Positions 1 to 12,939 of a DNA stretch of 64,000 bases are shown in pieces. Below the pieces are notes generated by a model. That model did no database searches, was not told the origin of the DNA, and saw nothing but the letters and a program-made list of their open reading frames with translations. The stretch is from Guillardia theta CCMP2712 (Eukaryota > Protista > Cryptophyta). Every line of letters begins with the position of its first letter. The stretch's first letter is position 1. The position numbers were made by a program, and so were the translations under genes. The stretch spans positions 55,998 through 119,997 of the forward strand of contig NW_005434613.1 of the NCBI RefSeq assembly GCF_000315625.1. The letters run 5' to 3'.

Positions 1-859
1 TGAGCAGCTTTAGCAGTGTACATTCTGTCTGGGCCTAGTCGGGAGACAGCGACTCCCGGCCCATTGTCCCTGCATCAAACATGGGTTCATGATCTGGTCA
101 TTCAACGGATAGGGACACCCCATGCCCCCCTCCTTTCCTACCTCCCTCCCTCCCTCCCTCCCTCCCTCCCTCCCTCCCTCCCTCCCTCCCTCTCACCATG
201 GCGCTTGGATGTCCTTGGCTGAGGACATGAAGATAATCGTCTTCAAGACATGCGTAGACATGGCAGCGAATCTGTCGGGGATCGAAGGTGCCAGGGCGAA
301 GGTATACAGCGAAGGCGGGGGGGACTAGATGGAGGGGTACTGGTACTCGGCAAGATGATGTTTCGGGGTAGGGGTGAAATGACTACCACCCATCTTCCCT
401 TTGAAATACGTGTATTTGTGAAGCTTAGTGGGTAGGGGTACCATGAAATTAAAGAGGGGGGGGTGATGAGGATATCTTTACTTTGTTGGGGTGGGGGTGG
501 AAGGAGCGATTGGAAGCAGCACCGATCGTTGTAGTCTACTACCCCATTGACTGTACCACCCACCATTTATTCAGGTACCCACCGTATTTCTTAAGTACCC
601 CACAATAGTTTTAAGAACCCAACATATCAATAGTCAAATTCAGGGTCTATTTACATATTTGAAGTACCATGACCCTCTTTCCCTCTGTCATACCCCTGTA
701 TTTTCAGCCGGCCACCAGAATCCTCTGGTCAATTGAACGGGTCATCCGAGGCTAGTCCTCTACACCCGCCGTTACCTCCCGCACCCACCAGTCTGCAACG
801 AGCCTGCAATTGTCCGTTACGGTAGCCTTCAACTGGGGCTCAGCCTTCCAGCGGGGGCC

Positions 860-1205
860 ATCATGGCAGCGGACCGGCGGTCCGTGACTGCCGAGACTCT
901 CAGTGATTGAACAGCGGCTTGCAGTCCGTGCGGCGGCACTGCAGCGGCGGCACTGCACTCAGGCCTCGCCCGGCCGGACGCCTGGCGGGTCACAGGCTGC
1001 CGGACGCCCGGCGGGTCGGTCACACCGGGCTGCCGGGCCCGGCGGCGGCAGCCTGTGCGGCCGGGCAGCGCGCCGGGCCGGCGCCCGGCCCGGGCCACTG
1101 CCTCCGTGACTCAGTGAGGCCCGGGCGACCCTGTCACGGTCTGAAAGGTCTGACGCCGCGCCGCTCACGCCGCCCGGGCAAGTCAGTGTCCGATCACTCC
1201 TCACC
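860..1205. promoter_or_regulatory. GC/CpG-rich intergenic island (CCGG, GTCAC/GTGAC, CTGAG/CTCAG-rich)
   Basis: Composition and motif content recur at ~10190-10500, 12610-12870, 20335-20730, 33630-33950 and 48400-49080; always intergenic. Confidence 0.5.
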
Positions 1206-3733
1206 GTGAAGAAGCCAAGTTGAGCCGTTTATCACATATGAAGAGAACCACTGAAACAAAACACCAAGATCCTCCTTTGCTGCTCGTCATTATTCACATC
1301 TCTGGTAGAGGAGCAGCTCCATTCTCCACACTGACACTTAAAAACAGAGGACCTAGCGTGAGTTTTCGAAATTACATCTTCACTTTTTCTTCTCTTTATC
1401 CGTTAACATCTGCAAAGTTTAGATTTCAGTCTGATCGAATTCACTTGACTTAGTTCTTACACTCTTCACTGCAGCAGCACCGAGGCATCCAGTGAAGGCT
1501 CCAAGAAGTCCAACGATGGGACCTGCAAGTTGGTACACATCAACAGGAATAAATTTATTTCAACTAGGCTTGCCTGTCATGATGTTCCAACGCAAGAAGG
1601 TGTAGATACCGAAGCGAGCCATGTCTGTGAGAACTCTCTCATTAGAAATTAGGGTTAACTCATCATGGATTTCGAATAGTTGTTTCTCGGGTATGCAAGC
1701 CAAGTCAGTAAACGAGCTCTCAAGTTATAGGGCGCAATACGAGGTGCTAGTGTTCGACATAGATCGCTAGTTACCTTGGATGTTGGGAAAAGAACAATAC
1801 AAATATCCCTTACACTGTGTCCATCATCTATTCTAAGGCTTGCAATCATGAAATTCTAATGCTCACAACAAATTTGAGACAATGGTTCGAAGAATCAATG
1901 TTTGAGTGGGAATGGATACTAGAGAGTGTACATGAGCGGAAACAGAAATGAAATAGAAGAAACGGATGATAGCAGGATATCAAGTCTAAATGATCTTCCA
2001 ACAGCATGTGGACAAGCTGAAGAATATCATTCAACATTTTTTGTACCACAGCATGAACAGTCTCAAAGAAAATACAAATTGAACAAAAAAAAAAACATTG
2101 CACTTCAATGATCTATGTGTTCTCCACTTAGATACCCTCTATTCTTGCTTTACAATCTTCTTCTTCCCTTGACCTCTTAGCCCAGGTGAGCGATTTGCTC
2201 CTTCCATTGCAAACTCCCACTGAAAACCCCTTGATTCGAACGATCCCCTCCACAGATAACTCTGCCTGCTGCATCAAGAACATCACATTGTAAGTTTGAT
2301 ATCTTTGACCCTGACTTTCCTAAAATCTTGCTTCCTGATAGGTGTCCGCCTCCCTCCGCCTCCCTTCCTCTCCCAGCCATCCCAGAGCGCCTGTAGTAGT
2401 CGTCGACATTCTCCTCGTCGACCCCACCCCACCCCACACCACCACCCTACCCCCTTGGAATTTTGTCAGTACCCTACCCATCATGCTGGGAATCACCAAT
2501 CACTACCCTACCTTCTGATTTGACCTCCTTTCCTCTACCCCACCTTATCAAAATCCAATAAGAGATGCAAGAACCCCCCTCCCCTTTTGAACACCACCTT
2601 TTCATCACCCGTACTTGAACCAAGTAGTTTATGTGGTCATGTATCATCAGTACCTTCACCGGTATCCCACCTACCCACCTGACATGACCCCACCCATTCA
2701 AAATTGTATCAACTTGATTCACCCCACGCCCTCTCGACATAAAACACCCTACCCACTGAGACAAAATTCACCTACAATCCGGAGGAAGGGTACTATCACC
2801 GCTACCCACCCCCTGTTACGCCCGTTCCACCTACACCCGTTATCACCCTACCCCCTTGGTTACGATGATCTACCCCACCCACACGAATGAGTGATAACTA
2901 CCCCCTTTTCGTATTCCATCGCCTCTACCCTGATACATGATCATGTACCCCATTTTTTACATAATCAACCACGGGTATAATTTACACCCCACCTTATCCC
3001 GTGATCAAAGGGGGTCATGATGACGGGATTTATTGTATAGGTAGGGGTGATGCACAAAGGGGTTATTCTGACTTCATCCATATGATAAAGGGTGGGGGTT
3101 ACTGGGAAATCGTGGATGATTTGCCGATGGGGTGGGGTGCTCGTGATCAGCAGAGCATGGCGAGAAGCGAATTAGTAGTGTAGTTGGCTGCGACAACGGA
3201 GGGGGAGGGAGGAGGGGAGGAGAGACGGGGAGGGAGGGAGAAAGTGATTGGGTCTGATGTAGGCAATGAAGGAGCAGGAAGGAGAGCAGGAGGGATGCTC
3301 AGATGTCAACGAAGGAGGAAGTTAAAACATGTTCATACTCGTATGCATTCGCGTGCGAAAGGATCGCGGTCAGGCGACACAGGAGAAGTCGTCAGCCTTT
3401 GGGTGTCCGTTTTCCAATGATAGATGTGGAGCATGCGTGAAGGAGGAACTATGTCCACATGAGACAGAAGCACGCATGGATCCTCTGGAAATGCGTCGGC
3501 ACAGTGAAGTTCAGTGTGGCCCGCAGGGAATGAGAGGAGGAGTCTTGGTGTATTGAGTCGACAAGGAGCGAAATGTAGAAATTGAAGTAGGATCATGATC
3601 ATGGCGAGAAAGTGCATAGAAAGAAACTGAATCCAGAGCAGTTGTTGATGCTGGTTGACAGGGCATGGAAGGCTGAAAGAAGACCAAGAGACTGATTGAG
3701 GCTACATCTTTGAGGGACTGAACAGCGACGGCA

Positions 3734-6700
3734 ATGGAGTCCTATCGCTTTCCCAGCGGGTTCCAAGTGACGAGAGAAGATGTCGACCACGTTCTCCTCC
3801 AGCGTCTTGGGCAACGGCTAGGTGCCGACTCATTGTGTTTGTCTTGATGCATTTGCCTGCCAGTGATGGACTTGAGCAGGTTCTGTTGACGAGAAAGACA
3901 CAGTGCTGAAGATGCTGAAGAGCATGGTGCTCGATCGTGAGACGCTGGCTCTGGTTCCTTCAGCTGCTCTAGTTGCGACGCCTTGAGCTCACTAGCCGCT
4001 GCCAGGTCTCGGCAGATGAGCTGATATCAGAAGCCGAGATGAATGAGATGCAAGCGTTTGCGCTGAAGCTAGAAGTACAACCTACAAGTCATGTTGCAGT
4101 ACAGTACAGCTGAAAGTTCTTCGCAGGATGGAGAGTGGGGCTCGTGGAAGCAGCAGCTGGGGTTAGCCAAGCCCGTGGTGACTATTCCATTGTGACACGC
4201 CGCGTCCTGACTTGCTGGCTCTCTTGAAGCATAAGTCTCCACCAGTCGAGGACAAACAACACTTTCAGGCAGCAGCCTCTCAGTCAGGATTCCCCTCCTT
4301 TAACTCGCAGCCCTCGTTTTCTCCCAACCCCGTGGCGAGCAACGGGTGAGCTTGCAGCAGACTAAATTCGACGTAACGTGAGTTCCAGGCCCTCCGCCCA
4401 TCTTTCGTTCGGAGGTCAAGGACTCTTCCAGCAACCCAATGGCAGTCAGACTTCAGCTGCAGTCCAGCTGACTGAAGCGCCTCGAAAGCCAGAAGCGTCC
4501 AAACCTCCTCCTCAGAGCTCACAGCCGCCTATCAGCTTCAACAACTTGACCGCCGGGCAACCAACTCAGCCTTGGCAACAAGCTCAAGCCCCGCAGGGCC
4601 CCGGCACGAGCACATTCATGGACCCGGCAGGTAGCAAGGGAAATCTCTTCAGCTTTGGTGGAGGCGCTCCCAGCCAGGGCTTCATGGCACCGCAGCCCTC
4701 CCAAGCTCCGGCATTTTCGTTTCAACCAAAACCAGCTGTTGTCCAGCAGGACCTCAAGGCTCCTTCCAGCGTGCCAGCTCCTCTTCACGTGCAGCAAACG
4801 GTCGAGCCTCGCAAGAGCGAGCCGGAACCAGTGCACGAGCAGCAGCAGCAGCAGCAGCAGCAGGTACACAAGCAAGAGGCGCATGGGGAAGTGCCCGAAG
4901 GCACGAACGATGTAGAGCATGCGGGAACAGACGATCGGCCTCAGCAAGAGCACGTCAACGAGCCCGAGTACGAGGAGAGCGCTGAGATGCCCGACGGGGA
5001 TGACACGGACTTTGCGGACCTGGTGGAGCATATCATCCTGATGATGTACAATCCGAAGGGAGACGATGACAGCGACGAGGCGGTCAAGTACAGCATTCGC
5101 ATCGACAAGGTCAGGAACTTTCTGGACGCCTCTCCTCTCGCCTCCATGAAGAACGGGCAAGTGAGAGCGGACAAGGCGAAACTTGCGGCGCTGGTCGACG
5201 GCGGGGATGGAGTCGGGTTCACCGAGGAGGAGATGAAGACTATCGACGGCGTTCTCTTCAAGAAGTCGACGATGCCGGCCGCCCCAAAGTCTCGCGCAAA
5301 GCGCATCGTCGGGCGACCCAAGGCGAACCTGAACCTTAAGTACGGCTCAGTAGAGCTGGACCTCATTCATGTCTCTGGGTTTGACCGGCCCCCGCTGGCC
5401 AACTGGGAGGAGCTGGTGACGCTGCAGCAAGGGAGGGACCAGACGTTCGGCCAGGACCACGGAGGGTCGCTGGTGCCCCTGGAGCACATCGTGGTAGCGA
5501 TCAACGAGTATGGCAGGCAGTGCGAGTGGAATCGAGACGACAGCGGCAGCTTCACCGTCCGCCCTATCCAGGCGGCCACCATCCCAGCTAGTCTGAGCGG
5601 CTTCAACATTGTGGCAACGGCTGAGACGGGGTCAGGAAAGACCATGTGCTTTGCCGTGGCGGCTCTGGCAGCGATCGAGCCCTCCAAACAGCGTCCTCAA
5701 GTGCTGATCATGGCGCACAACCGACCGCTGCTTGACCAGCTCTGTGACGAGGTAGACAAGCTCTGTGCTGCCTTGCGGGACAAGTGCGGGGTGAACTTGG
5801 CATGGGCCTTCGTGGACAACGAGCGGAGAGGCGGGCCGGCGATCAACACGCAGGCTCAGATCATTCTGTCGACGGCCAACCAGCTGGGCAACAAGGTGAG
5901 GGACAACCGGCTGCCGTGCGGGGACGTGAAGCTGTTGATCGCGGACGAAGTGGATGACATCTTTGCTCAATCGGGCGGACGAGAGTCGGCGGACGAGATC
6001 ATAGTCAAAGTCCTCAGGCAGTGCGTGCAGCAGAACCCCAAGAGGCAGCGTCCCAAGGTCCTCTTCTTCTCGGCGACCATCGGCGACGACGAGAACGACC
6101 CCGACGACGTCCAGCTGAGGAGACTGATCGACCTGTGCGTCGACCACAAGTACATCCGCTTCCGAGTGCCAAGGAAGGACGTCGCTGGTATGACTCATCT
6201 GTTCATCAAGTGCGGGTCGGAGGCTGAGAAGCAGGGAGTGATGCCTTGGCTGCTGTCGGACATGTTCCTTGCCGGCTCGGCCATCGTCTTCTGCAAGAAC
6301 AAGTCAGGAGGGAGAGTGTCAGTGGACTCGCTCATCTATATGGACAACGACTGTAGGAGGAGGAGGGGCCTGGGGGAGATCGACGGCGAGATCGGAGTGA
6401 ACCTCCTGCAGGGGGTGCAGGAGTTCACGGCTGGATCCGACATCACGAGGGAGCAGAGGATAGAGATGATGAAGAGGTTCAGGGAGAACCGAGCTCATAT
6501 CCTCATCGCCACGGACTCAGTCGCCAAGGGCATCGACGTGCCCAACGTGACCATGGTCGTGCAGATGGAGCTGGTGAAGGAGCAGGGGAGAGGAGGCTTC
6601 CAGTGGATCAAGTGAGGACCGGAGGGAGGGAGGGAGGGAGGGAGGAGGGAGGGAGGCGACGAAGGAGGAGGAGGGAGGGTGGGTGGGTGGGTGGAGAACG

Positions 6701-7316
6701 AGGCTGGAGGGAGGGACGGAGGGAGAGAGGGGGGTAAGGGGAGGGGCGGAGGGAAGGGAAAAGGGTGGAGGACGAGGACGAGGGAGGGAGGAAAGAAAGG
6801 AGGGAGGAGGACGAGGAGATGTAGTTAACCTGCTGACTTCTCCTCTCAGGACCAGGAAGAAGGCGCTGGATCAATTCCGCCACAGGTACTTGAGCTCCTG
6901 CACTTCCCCTTCCTCTCCTTCCAGCCTCCTTGCTCTCTTTATCCTTCTAGCCTCTCCTCCTCCCCCTCCTGCCCTCCCTCCTTTGAGCTGGAGCGTCCTT
7001 GTTCACATCCTGTCTCTTCCTCACCTCTCCCTTCCTCCTCCTCTCCATCCTCTCCTCCTCCTCTCTCTCCCTCACTTTGCTTCAGGTCCGGGCGAACGGC
7101 ACGAGCCTTGCAGAAGGGCATCAACATCGTCCTGCTGCAGCCCAACGAGGAGGAGATCGCCCACGAGTACGTCCGCATCCTCCAGGTGGGTCCCGCTAGC
7201 TCAATGGCAGCTGGGCTCGAGCTGATCTGTCGCAGATCCTCCCGGACAACGTGAAGTTCATCTCGGCGTCGGAGGGAGCGAGCGTGCGTGAGTTCATCAA
7301 CGATGCGCAGAACTGA
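3734..7316 (+). CDS. DEAD-box RNA helicase (divergent, Dbp5/DDX19-like) with long low-complexity N-terminus; multi-exon
   Basis: Hand-spliced from ATG 3734 (MESYRFPSG...) through five short exons into ORF 4378-6615. Motifs: Q (RPIQAATIP), I (AETGSGKT), Ia-like (AHNRPLLDQ), II (DEVD), III (SAT), IV (IVFC), V (TDSVAKGIDV). Motif VI (HRSGRTAR) is only assembled across the intron 6886-7085. Stop TGA 7314-7316. Confidence 0.85.
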
Positions 7317-7447
7317 GGAGGAGGAGATGGGGAGGGAGCAGGAGATGGAGCAGGAGCAGGAGCAGGAGATGGAGAGAGGGAAGAGGGAGGGAGGATGGGA
7401 GGGAAGGAGTGAAAATAATCGGTTCAATGGCATTCTTATGTTGCAAT

Positions 7448-9247
7448 TCACTCGTGCTGTTCCGCCCGGAAATTCCTGAGAAGAACAAAAACAAGAACAA
7501 TCAGCTTGTGAGGAAGTGGAGGAGAAGGGGAACGAGAAGGACGAAGAACGGAGGGAGGGGAGGGGGGGGCGAAGAGAGGGAAAGAAAGGGAGGAGGGTGG
7601 AGTAAGGGGAAGAGAAACAGGACGAGCAGAGGGGGGAGAGGACGATAATCAGTCTCCTCCTACCAGTACGATGCTCTGATGACGTCAATCTCCTTGGCTA
7701 GTCGTTCGAATCTGCTGCTCCTTCACTTTCTTCCTCCCCCATCCCCCATCCCCCATCCCTCTCCTCTTCCCCATCCCCCTCCTCTCCTCCTTCCCCTCCC
7801 TCTCACATTCTGCGCGCGGCAAGTCGGTTGTCCTCGCCTCCCTATCATGACATGAGAAGAAACATCCGCTGCTTCAACTCTCTCTCCGCCCTCCACTCAC
7901 TACTGACCAGCTCTCTGCACTCCCTCTCTCCTCCTCTGCCTTCCTGTCGTACTCCCTGCTCCTGTCTGCTGCTGCTTTCGTTCGTTCTCACTCTCGATTC
8001 CTCCTACACCCTCTGCTCTGCTCTCCTCTGCCCTCCTCTCCTCTCCTCACATTCTCCAGCAGCAGCTCCGCCTGGAGCTCCAGCGCCCCGACCGGCGGAG
8101 AATCCGAGGAAGAGTAAGTCTGCAATGCATCCTGCAGCATGTCAGAGGAAAGGGAGAGGGAGAGGGAGAGGGAGAGGGAGAGGGAGAGGGAGAGGGAGAG
8201 GGAGAGGGAGAGGGAGAGGGAGAGGGAGAGGGAGAGGGAGAGGGAGAGGGAGAGGGAGGGGAGGGAGGGGGAGGGAGAGGAGGAAGGGAGTGGGAGCGCG
8301 AGGGAGTTCAGTTGGGGGATGACATACCACAAGTTCAGGGAAGTCGCGGATGGAGTGAGAGAGGAGGAGACCCCGGATGAAGGCCCAGGCGCTGTCGTTA
8401 TGAGGAGAGAGAGAGAGTTCTTGAAGCGCCCACGTCATCTCCCTGCAGAGAAGCTTGAGATGATGGCACAGGAGGAGGAGGAGGAGCAGGAGGAGGAGCA
8501 GGAGCAGGAGGAAGTGGTGGTGGTGGTGGACGAGGAGGAGGAGGAAGAGAGAGCAGGAGAGGGAAGGGGAACAGCAGAAGAGAGGAGAGGGGAGGAGAAG
8601 TACCTCCTGCAAACTTCAAGGGACATGTCTGTTGTGTTCTTGAACAGGAAATAACGCTGATTCCTAGAGAACGGGTGGAGAGCACAGAGGAGGAGCAAAT
8701 CGGAACAGGAAGACAGAAAAAGATGGAAAGATTGAGAGATAGAACAAGGTAGGGAGCAAGAGAGCAGAAGTGCGGCAAGGAGGGAGGCGGATCGGAGGAG
8801 GAGGCTGGAGAAGGAGGAGCGAGGAGGAGGAGGAGTCAGCAACCCCCTCCNNNNNNNNNNNNNNNNNNNNNNNNNNNNNNNNNNNNNNNNNNNNNNNNNN
8901 NNNNNNNNNNNNNNNNNNNNNNNNNNNNNNNNNNNNNNNNNNNNNNNNNNTCCTCCTCCTCCTCCTCCTCCTCCTCCTCCTCCTCCTCCTAATCTCTCCT
9001 ACCTTCGGAACGGCCACACAGTGTAATTCGCTGCGTTCAACCTGATGACTGGAGAGAGATGCGTAAGCGACGAGGAAAACAGGAGAAGAATGACAGGAGG
9101 ACGAGGGCGAGGAGGAGGACGAGGGCGAGGACGAGAAGCAGAAGGAGGAGGAGGATCAGGAGGACGAGGACGAGAAGGAGGACGAGAAGGAGGACGAGGA
9201 CGAGGGCGAGGACGAGAAGGAGGACGAGGAGCAGGAGGAAGAAGAAG

Positions 9248-9319
<72 letters not shown>

Positions 9320-9858
9320 AGGGAGAGACAGAGGGAGGAGCAGAGCTTGCCATCGGTGGTCAGATCGTAGGCGCGTTGACTTCTCTCGTCCATGGCCAAG
9401 ATGGCCCGGAAGTAGCTCATGGTGTCTCGGACTGACAAGGCGAGGAAAGAGATTCAAGAGAGGAGGTGAGAGGGAGACGAGGAGGGAAGAGAAGAATGGA
9501 GGAAGCGGGGGGTGCAGGGCAGGCGAAAGAAGGAGCAGGAGAGTTTGGGGATTGAAGAGCTGGGGGTGATAGGCAGGAAGGAGAAGGACGACAATATTGG
9601 GCGAGGATACGACGAGCTAGGGAAGGAGACTGTAGGTAGACGAACGGAGTGGAAGAGGAGAGGAGCACAGGGAGAGGCTGGTAGAGGAAGTCTGCACTTA
9701 CATTCTTTGGAGTAGTTGATGGAGACGATCGGATTCGGCCCATCATCCTGCCCTCCAACTTTATCCTACCGCCATGCTCGTTCCACCAAGCGTTTCACCT
9801 GCTCCATCGGTACCACATCCCGCCATTCCGGTCGTTCACTGTAGGAGTATCCGTCCAT
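7448..9858 (-). CDS. FNTA: Protein farnesyltransferase/geranylgeranyltransferase type-I alpha subunit; multi-exon, interrupted by an N-gap
   Basis: Exons give YSERPEWRDVVPMEQ / DDGPNPIVSINY / RDTMSYFRAILAMDERSQRAYDLTTD / VIRLNAANYTVW / NQRYF / PHNDSAWAFIRG / EIDVIRASYW-NFRAEQHE*. These match the N-terminus, PPTA repeats and C-terminus of FNTA/RAM2. Confidence 0.9.
8151..8255. repeat. (AGGGAG)n intronic microsatellite
   Basis: Direct inspection; inside the FNTA gene. Confidence 0.9.
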
Positions 9859-10679
9859 CTCCTGGGCAAGGTCAACTGCCGGAGGGCACAGAGCATGCAA
9901 GCAATGTGAATCTTCCTCCCCCCTTTCTCCCGCCTTCCTGCACCTCATCCCTGCATGCTCTACCCGCCTCCGTTCCTGCCTCCCTTCCTGCCTCCCTTCC
10001 TGCCTACCAACTAACACGCACATACCGAACCTGTCCCTCGGGTCTTCTTTGACTGTCATCGTCTTCTCATCCCCTTCCTCCCCTCTCTTCTCCCCCCTCT
10101 CCTCCTCGCCCATCCCATCTCTGCCATTTTTTTGTCCATTCACTCCTTCTCATCCCCCTCATTCTCTGTGAATTCCGTTAATGCCGCAACAGCTGTCTCA
10201 ACGGTCACTGAGCGGCTCACAGAGTCACATGCTGGCCGCGGGCCCGGGTGAGTGCACTGGCAGGATTGAACTGAGCTCAAGGTTACCAGTACCGGCAGCG
10301 GTACCCGATGGCCCATCCCGGGCCCGGCACGAACTTCCGGGAAGCGCCCGGCGGCCACGGCGCGCGGCCACCGCCGCCGCCGCCGCGCGCGGCGGCGCCG
10401 GGCGGCCCGGCCCCGAACAAATGCGCCGCTGATGTCAGACTGCCGCCGTGCAAACTTATTTGCCTGAGCCTGGCAACTTGGCGAGTCCCCTGGGGGGGCA
10501 CGCCTGAAAACCTTCAAGTGACTGCTGCTGCTGCTTCATTTCCAGTTAGAGTTGGGACATTCATATAGGAGTGAGCGCGGTGAGCCAGGTTCACTGTCAT
10601 GGCAGCTTTACCCAAACAATCAAATACATGCGATACACAGTCTAGTTGCAAGTTGTTACACAGACAGCGCGCAGTCGCT

Positions 10680-12229
10680 TTATTGCGAGACGCCGTTGCA
10701 ATGATTGACAATCTTCTTCTTGATCTCCTTGATCACGGTGATCTCCTTCTGATATGGTTGGATCTGTGACAACAGAAAGATGAGATACAGTTTTCACTTT
10801 CAAAGACACCATCTCACCTCAAGATTGTACGCCGAGGTCTCCTCCTCGTAGTTCTTCTTGGCGATCTTCAGCTGCCCTGCAACCTTCTCTCTTGCTAGGG
10901 ATTGGGTGAGCTTTTCAGACTTTGCCTTGTCTTGGGCATTCGCCAGGGAGACCAGTTGCTTCTCCCAGTGCACCTGCAAGGCTCGCGTAAGAAAGCAGAT
11001 GCAAGCTGCATGTCGGACGCGCCCTACCATCTTTTCATTGGTTGACTTGACCAGATCACTCTCCTGATTGTACACGGTTTCCAAGTTCTTAAGGCGGTTG
11101 TCGATCTCCTGCAGCAGGGTGAGGAAACCATTCTCGTTGGGACAACGTCACATTCTTACGTCAAGGATCTCCTGCAAGATCTTGGCGACTTCGGAGCTCT
11201 GGCTGCCCAAGTCGCTGTTGGCCAACGTCTCCAATCGAGCTTTGCCGACAGTCTGCTGAGCCAGCACAGAGTTCTGCAGCCGGTTGATTTTTGCCTTGAG
11301 AAAAGCTTGCTTCCTCGACTGCAACCTTCACGCAGATGTTAAGACAGGAATCTGCACCAAGAGCTGAGAACTTACGAGCTGGAATCAAACGCCATCTGTT
11401 GACTTGGAGATGATCCCGACGAGCCAGAGGAGGAGGAGGAGGAGGAGGAGGAGGAGGAGGAGGAGGAGGAAGAGGAGGAGGAAGAAGAGGCACCAAGTCC
11501 ATTGGACACTACGCCAACCATCTTCATGATCTCAAGGATCAATTCCTTCTCAGATTCGAGGCTGGCCTTGTCAACTGCATTGTTCTTGGTGGTCTTTTCC
11601 AAGTCTGAGGAAGCCTGCTTGTGTGCTGTTTGCCACTTGTCATACTCCTGTCTCGCAAACTTGGCTCCTTCCTTGGCCTCTTTCTCCTTCTGCTCGGTCA
11701 GGCGATACTTGGACTCGGTATCCAGCCACTTGGACTTGATTGCCTCATATTCCTGCTGTGTCTGGGAAATGGTCTTGTTGACTTGAGTCTCCTCAACAAT
11801 GAGCTTCTTCAGGAGCTGATCAAATTTGGAGATGATAATGTCCGCCTTCTTGCACAGCTGCGAGTCCGATGCCAACTGGCTGCCCATCCAGCCCTGGTGG
11901 TTAGCGAGGGACAGCATCTGCGTCCTTGCCCTGTCGCTGTCGACGTCCAAGAGAGTGTCAGGCCTGTCGTGCCAGTCGTCCAGTTTCTTCAGCATGGAGG
12001 AGACCGGCATCGATGCTCCCTTCTTGGCAAACTCCAATGCCAGGCTGTCCAACTTGGACATAGGGGATCCTGCCAAGAGCTCCTTGCGCTGGTCTGCAGG
12101 AGCAAACAGCGCCAGAGACGCAACCATGGCAAGGAGGATGGATCCGACAACCAGCAGAGGTCGGAAGCGACCCGAGGAGGAGGAGGAGGAGGAGGCAGGA
12201 GCGACCGACTCGTACGAGGGAAGCGCCAT
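10680..12229 (-). CDS. Type-II membrane-anchored long coiled-coil protein (paralog A), unknown function; 5 exons
   Basis: ORF 11372-12229 has a hydrophobic segment LLVVGSILLAMVASLALFA followed by heptad-rich helices. Further exons SRKQAFLKAK..., EIDNRLKN..., VHWEKQL..., IQPYQKEI...NHCNGVSQ* are joined by GT-AG introns. Clear similarity to 50024-51478. Confidence 0.8.
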
Positions 12230-12939
12230 GCCGCACGACGATACCCGAAATAGAGCAGGACCTCCTCGACGAGGGCGCCGGATGATCCCAGATGAATGGG
12301 GGGGTTCTGATGACCCTCACGAAGTTTTCTTGAGGGTGGGGGTGACAGAAATACCCTCATTTTATCACTTATAATGAGGGGTAGTAAGGGAAATAGAAGG
12401 GGTCACCAGAAAGATGTCAACCTTACAAGGTAGGGGTAGAAATCTTGTTTCTATAACGGGGTGAAGATTTTGAGGGGGTAGGGGTACCACGGGTGCTTCC
12501 TTGACCCCTACATAGCAGAAGAAAGGCTGGGGAGTACTGTGCCGCCCGTGGGTTGGTAAGAGGGGTGGGGGGTACTGAAAGGAGGGGCTCATAGAACAGT
12601 TGAAATGCCACCGGGGTGGGGGTCCCCGACGGAGAATAGAATCACACTGGCAGGCCCGGCCCCGCGGCCGCCCCGGCGGACTCTGGGCCGGGCCCGGCCG
12701 GGCGATCGGCGGATCATGCGGGATGACTCGCGGCCTGCGCAGCCACTGCTGAGCCGAGGCGGATGCGGAGAGTGGCGGGCGGAGGTCCTGCGAGCAGTAC
12801 GGTGTACGGGAGGGCTTGGAAAGCTCAGGCTGGGATCACCCTGAGGCTCCGGGCCCGCTTCGACTGAGGTTCAGACTTAAGTTTCACAAAGGCACTCTCA
12901 TACACAGCAGACTTAACTACAGGCTAGAATGTGGGCTTA

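Noticed and set aside
1-262. 5' end of a minus-strand gene leaving the window
   Set aside because: A GTGAG donor and an ATG are present, but the frame and product cannot be supported.
1220-2160. AT-richer segment as a TE remnant or gene (similarly 16690-17000)
   Set aside because: No recognisable transposase or RT motif, terminal repeat or convincing spliced ORF could be established by eye.
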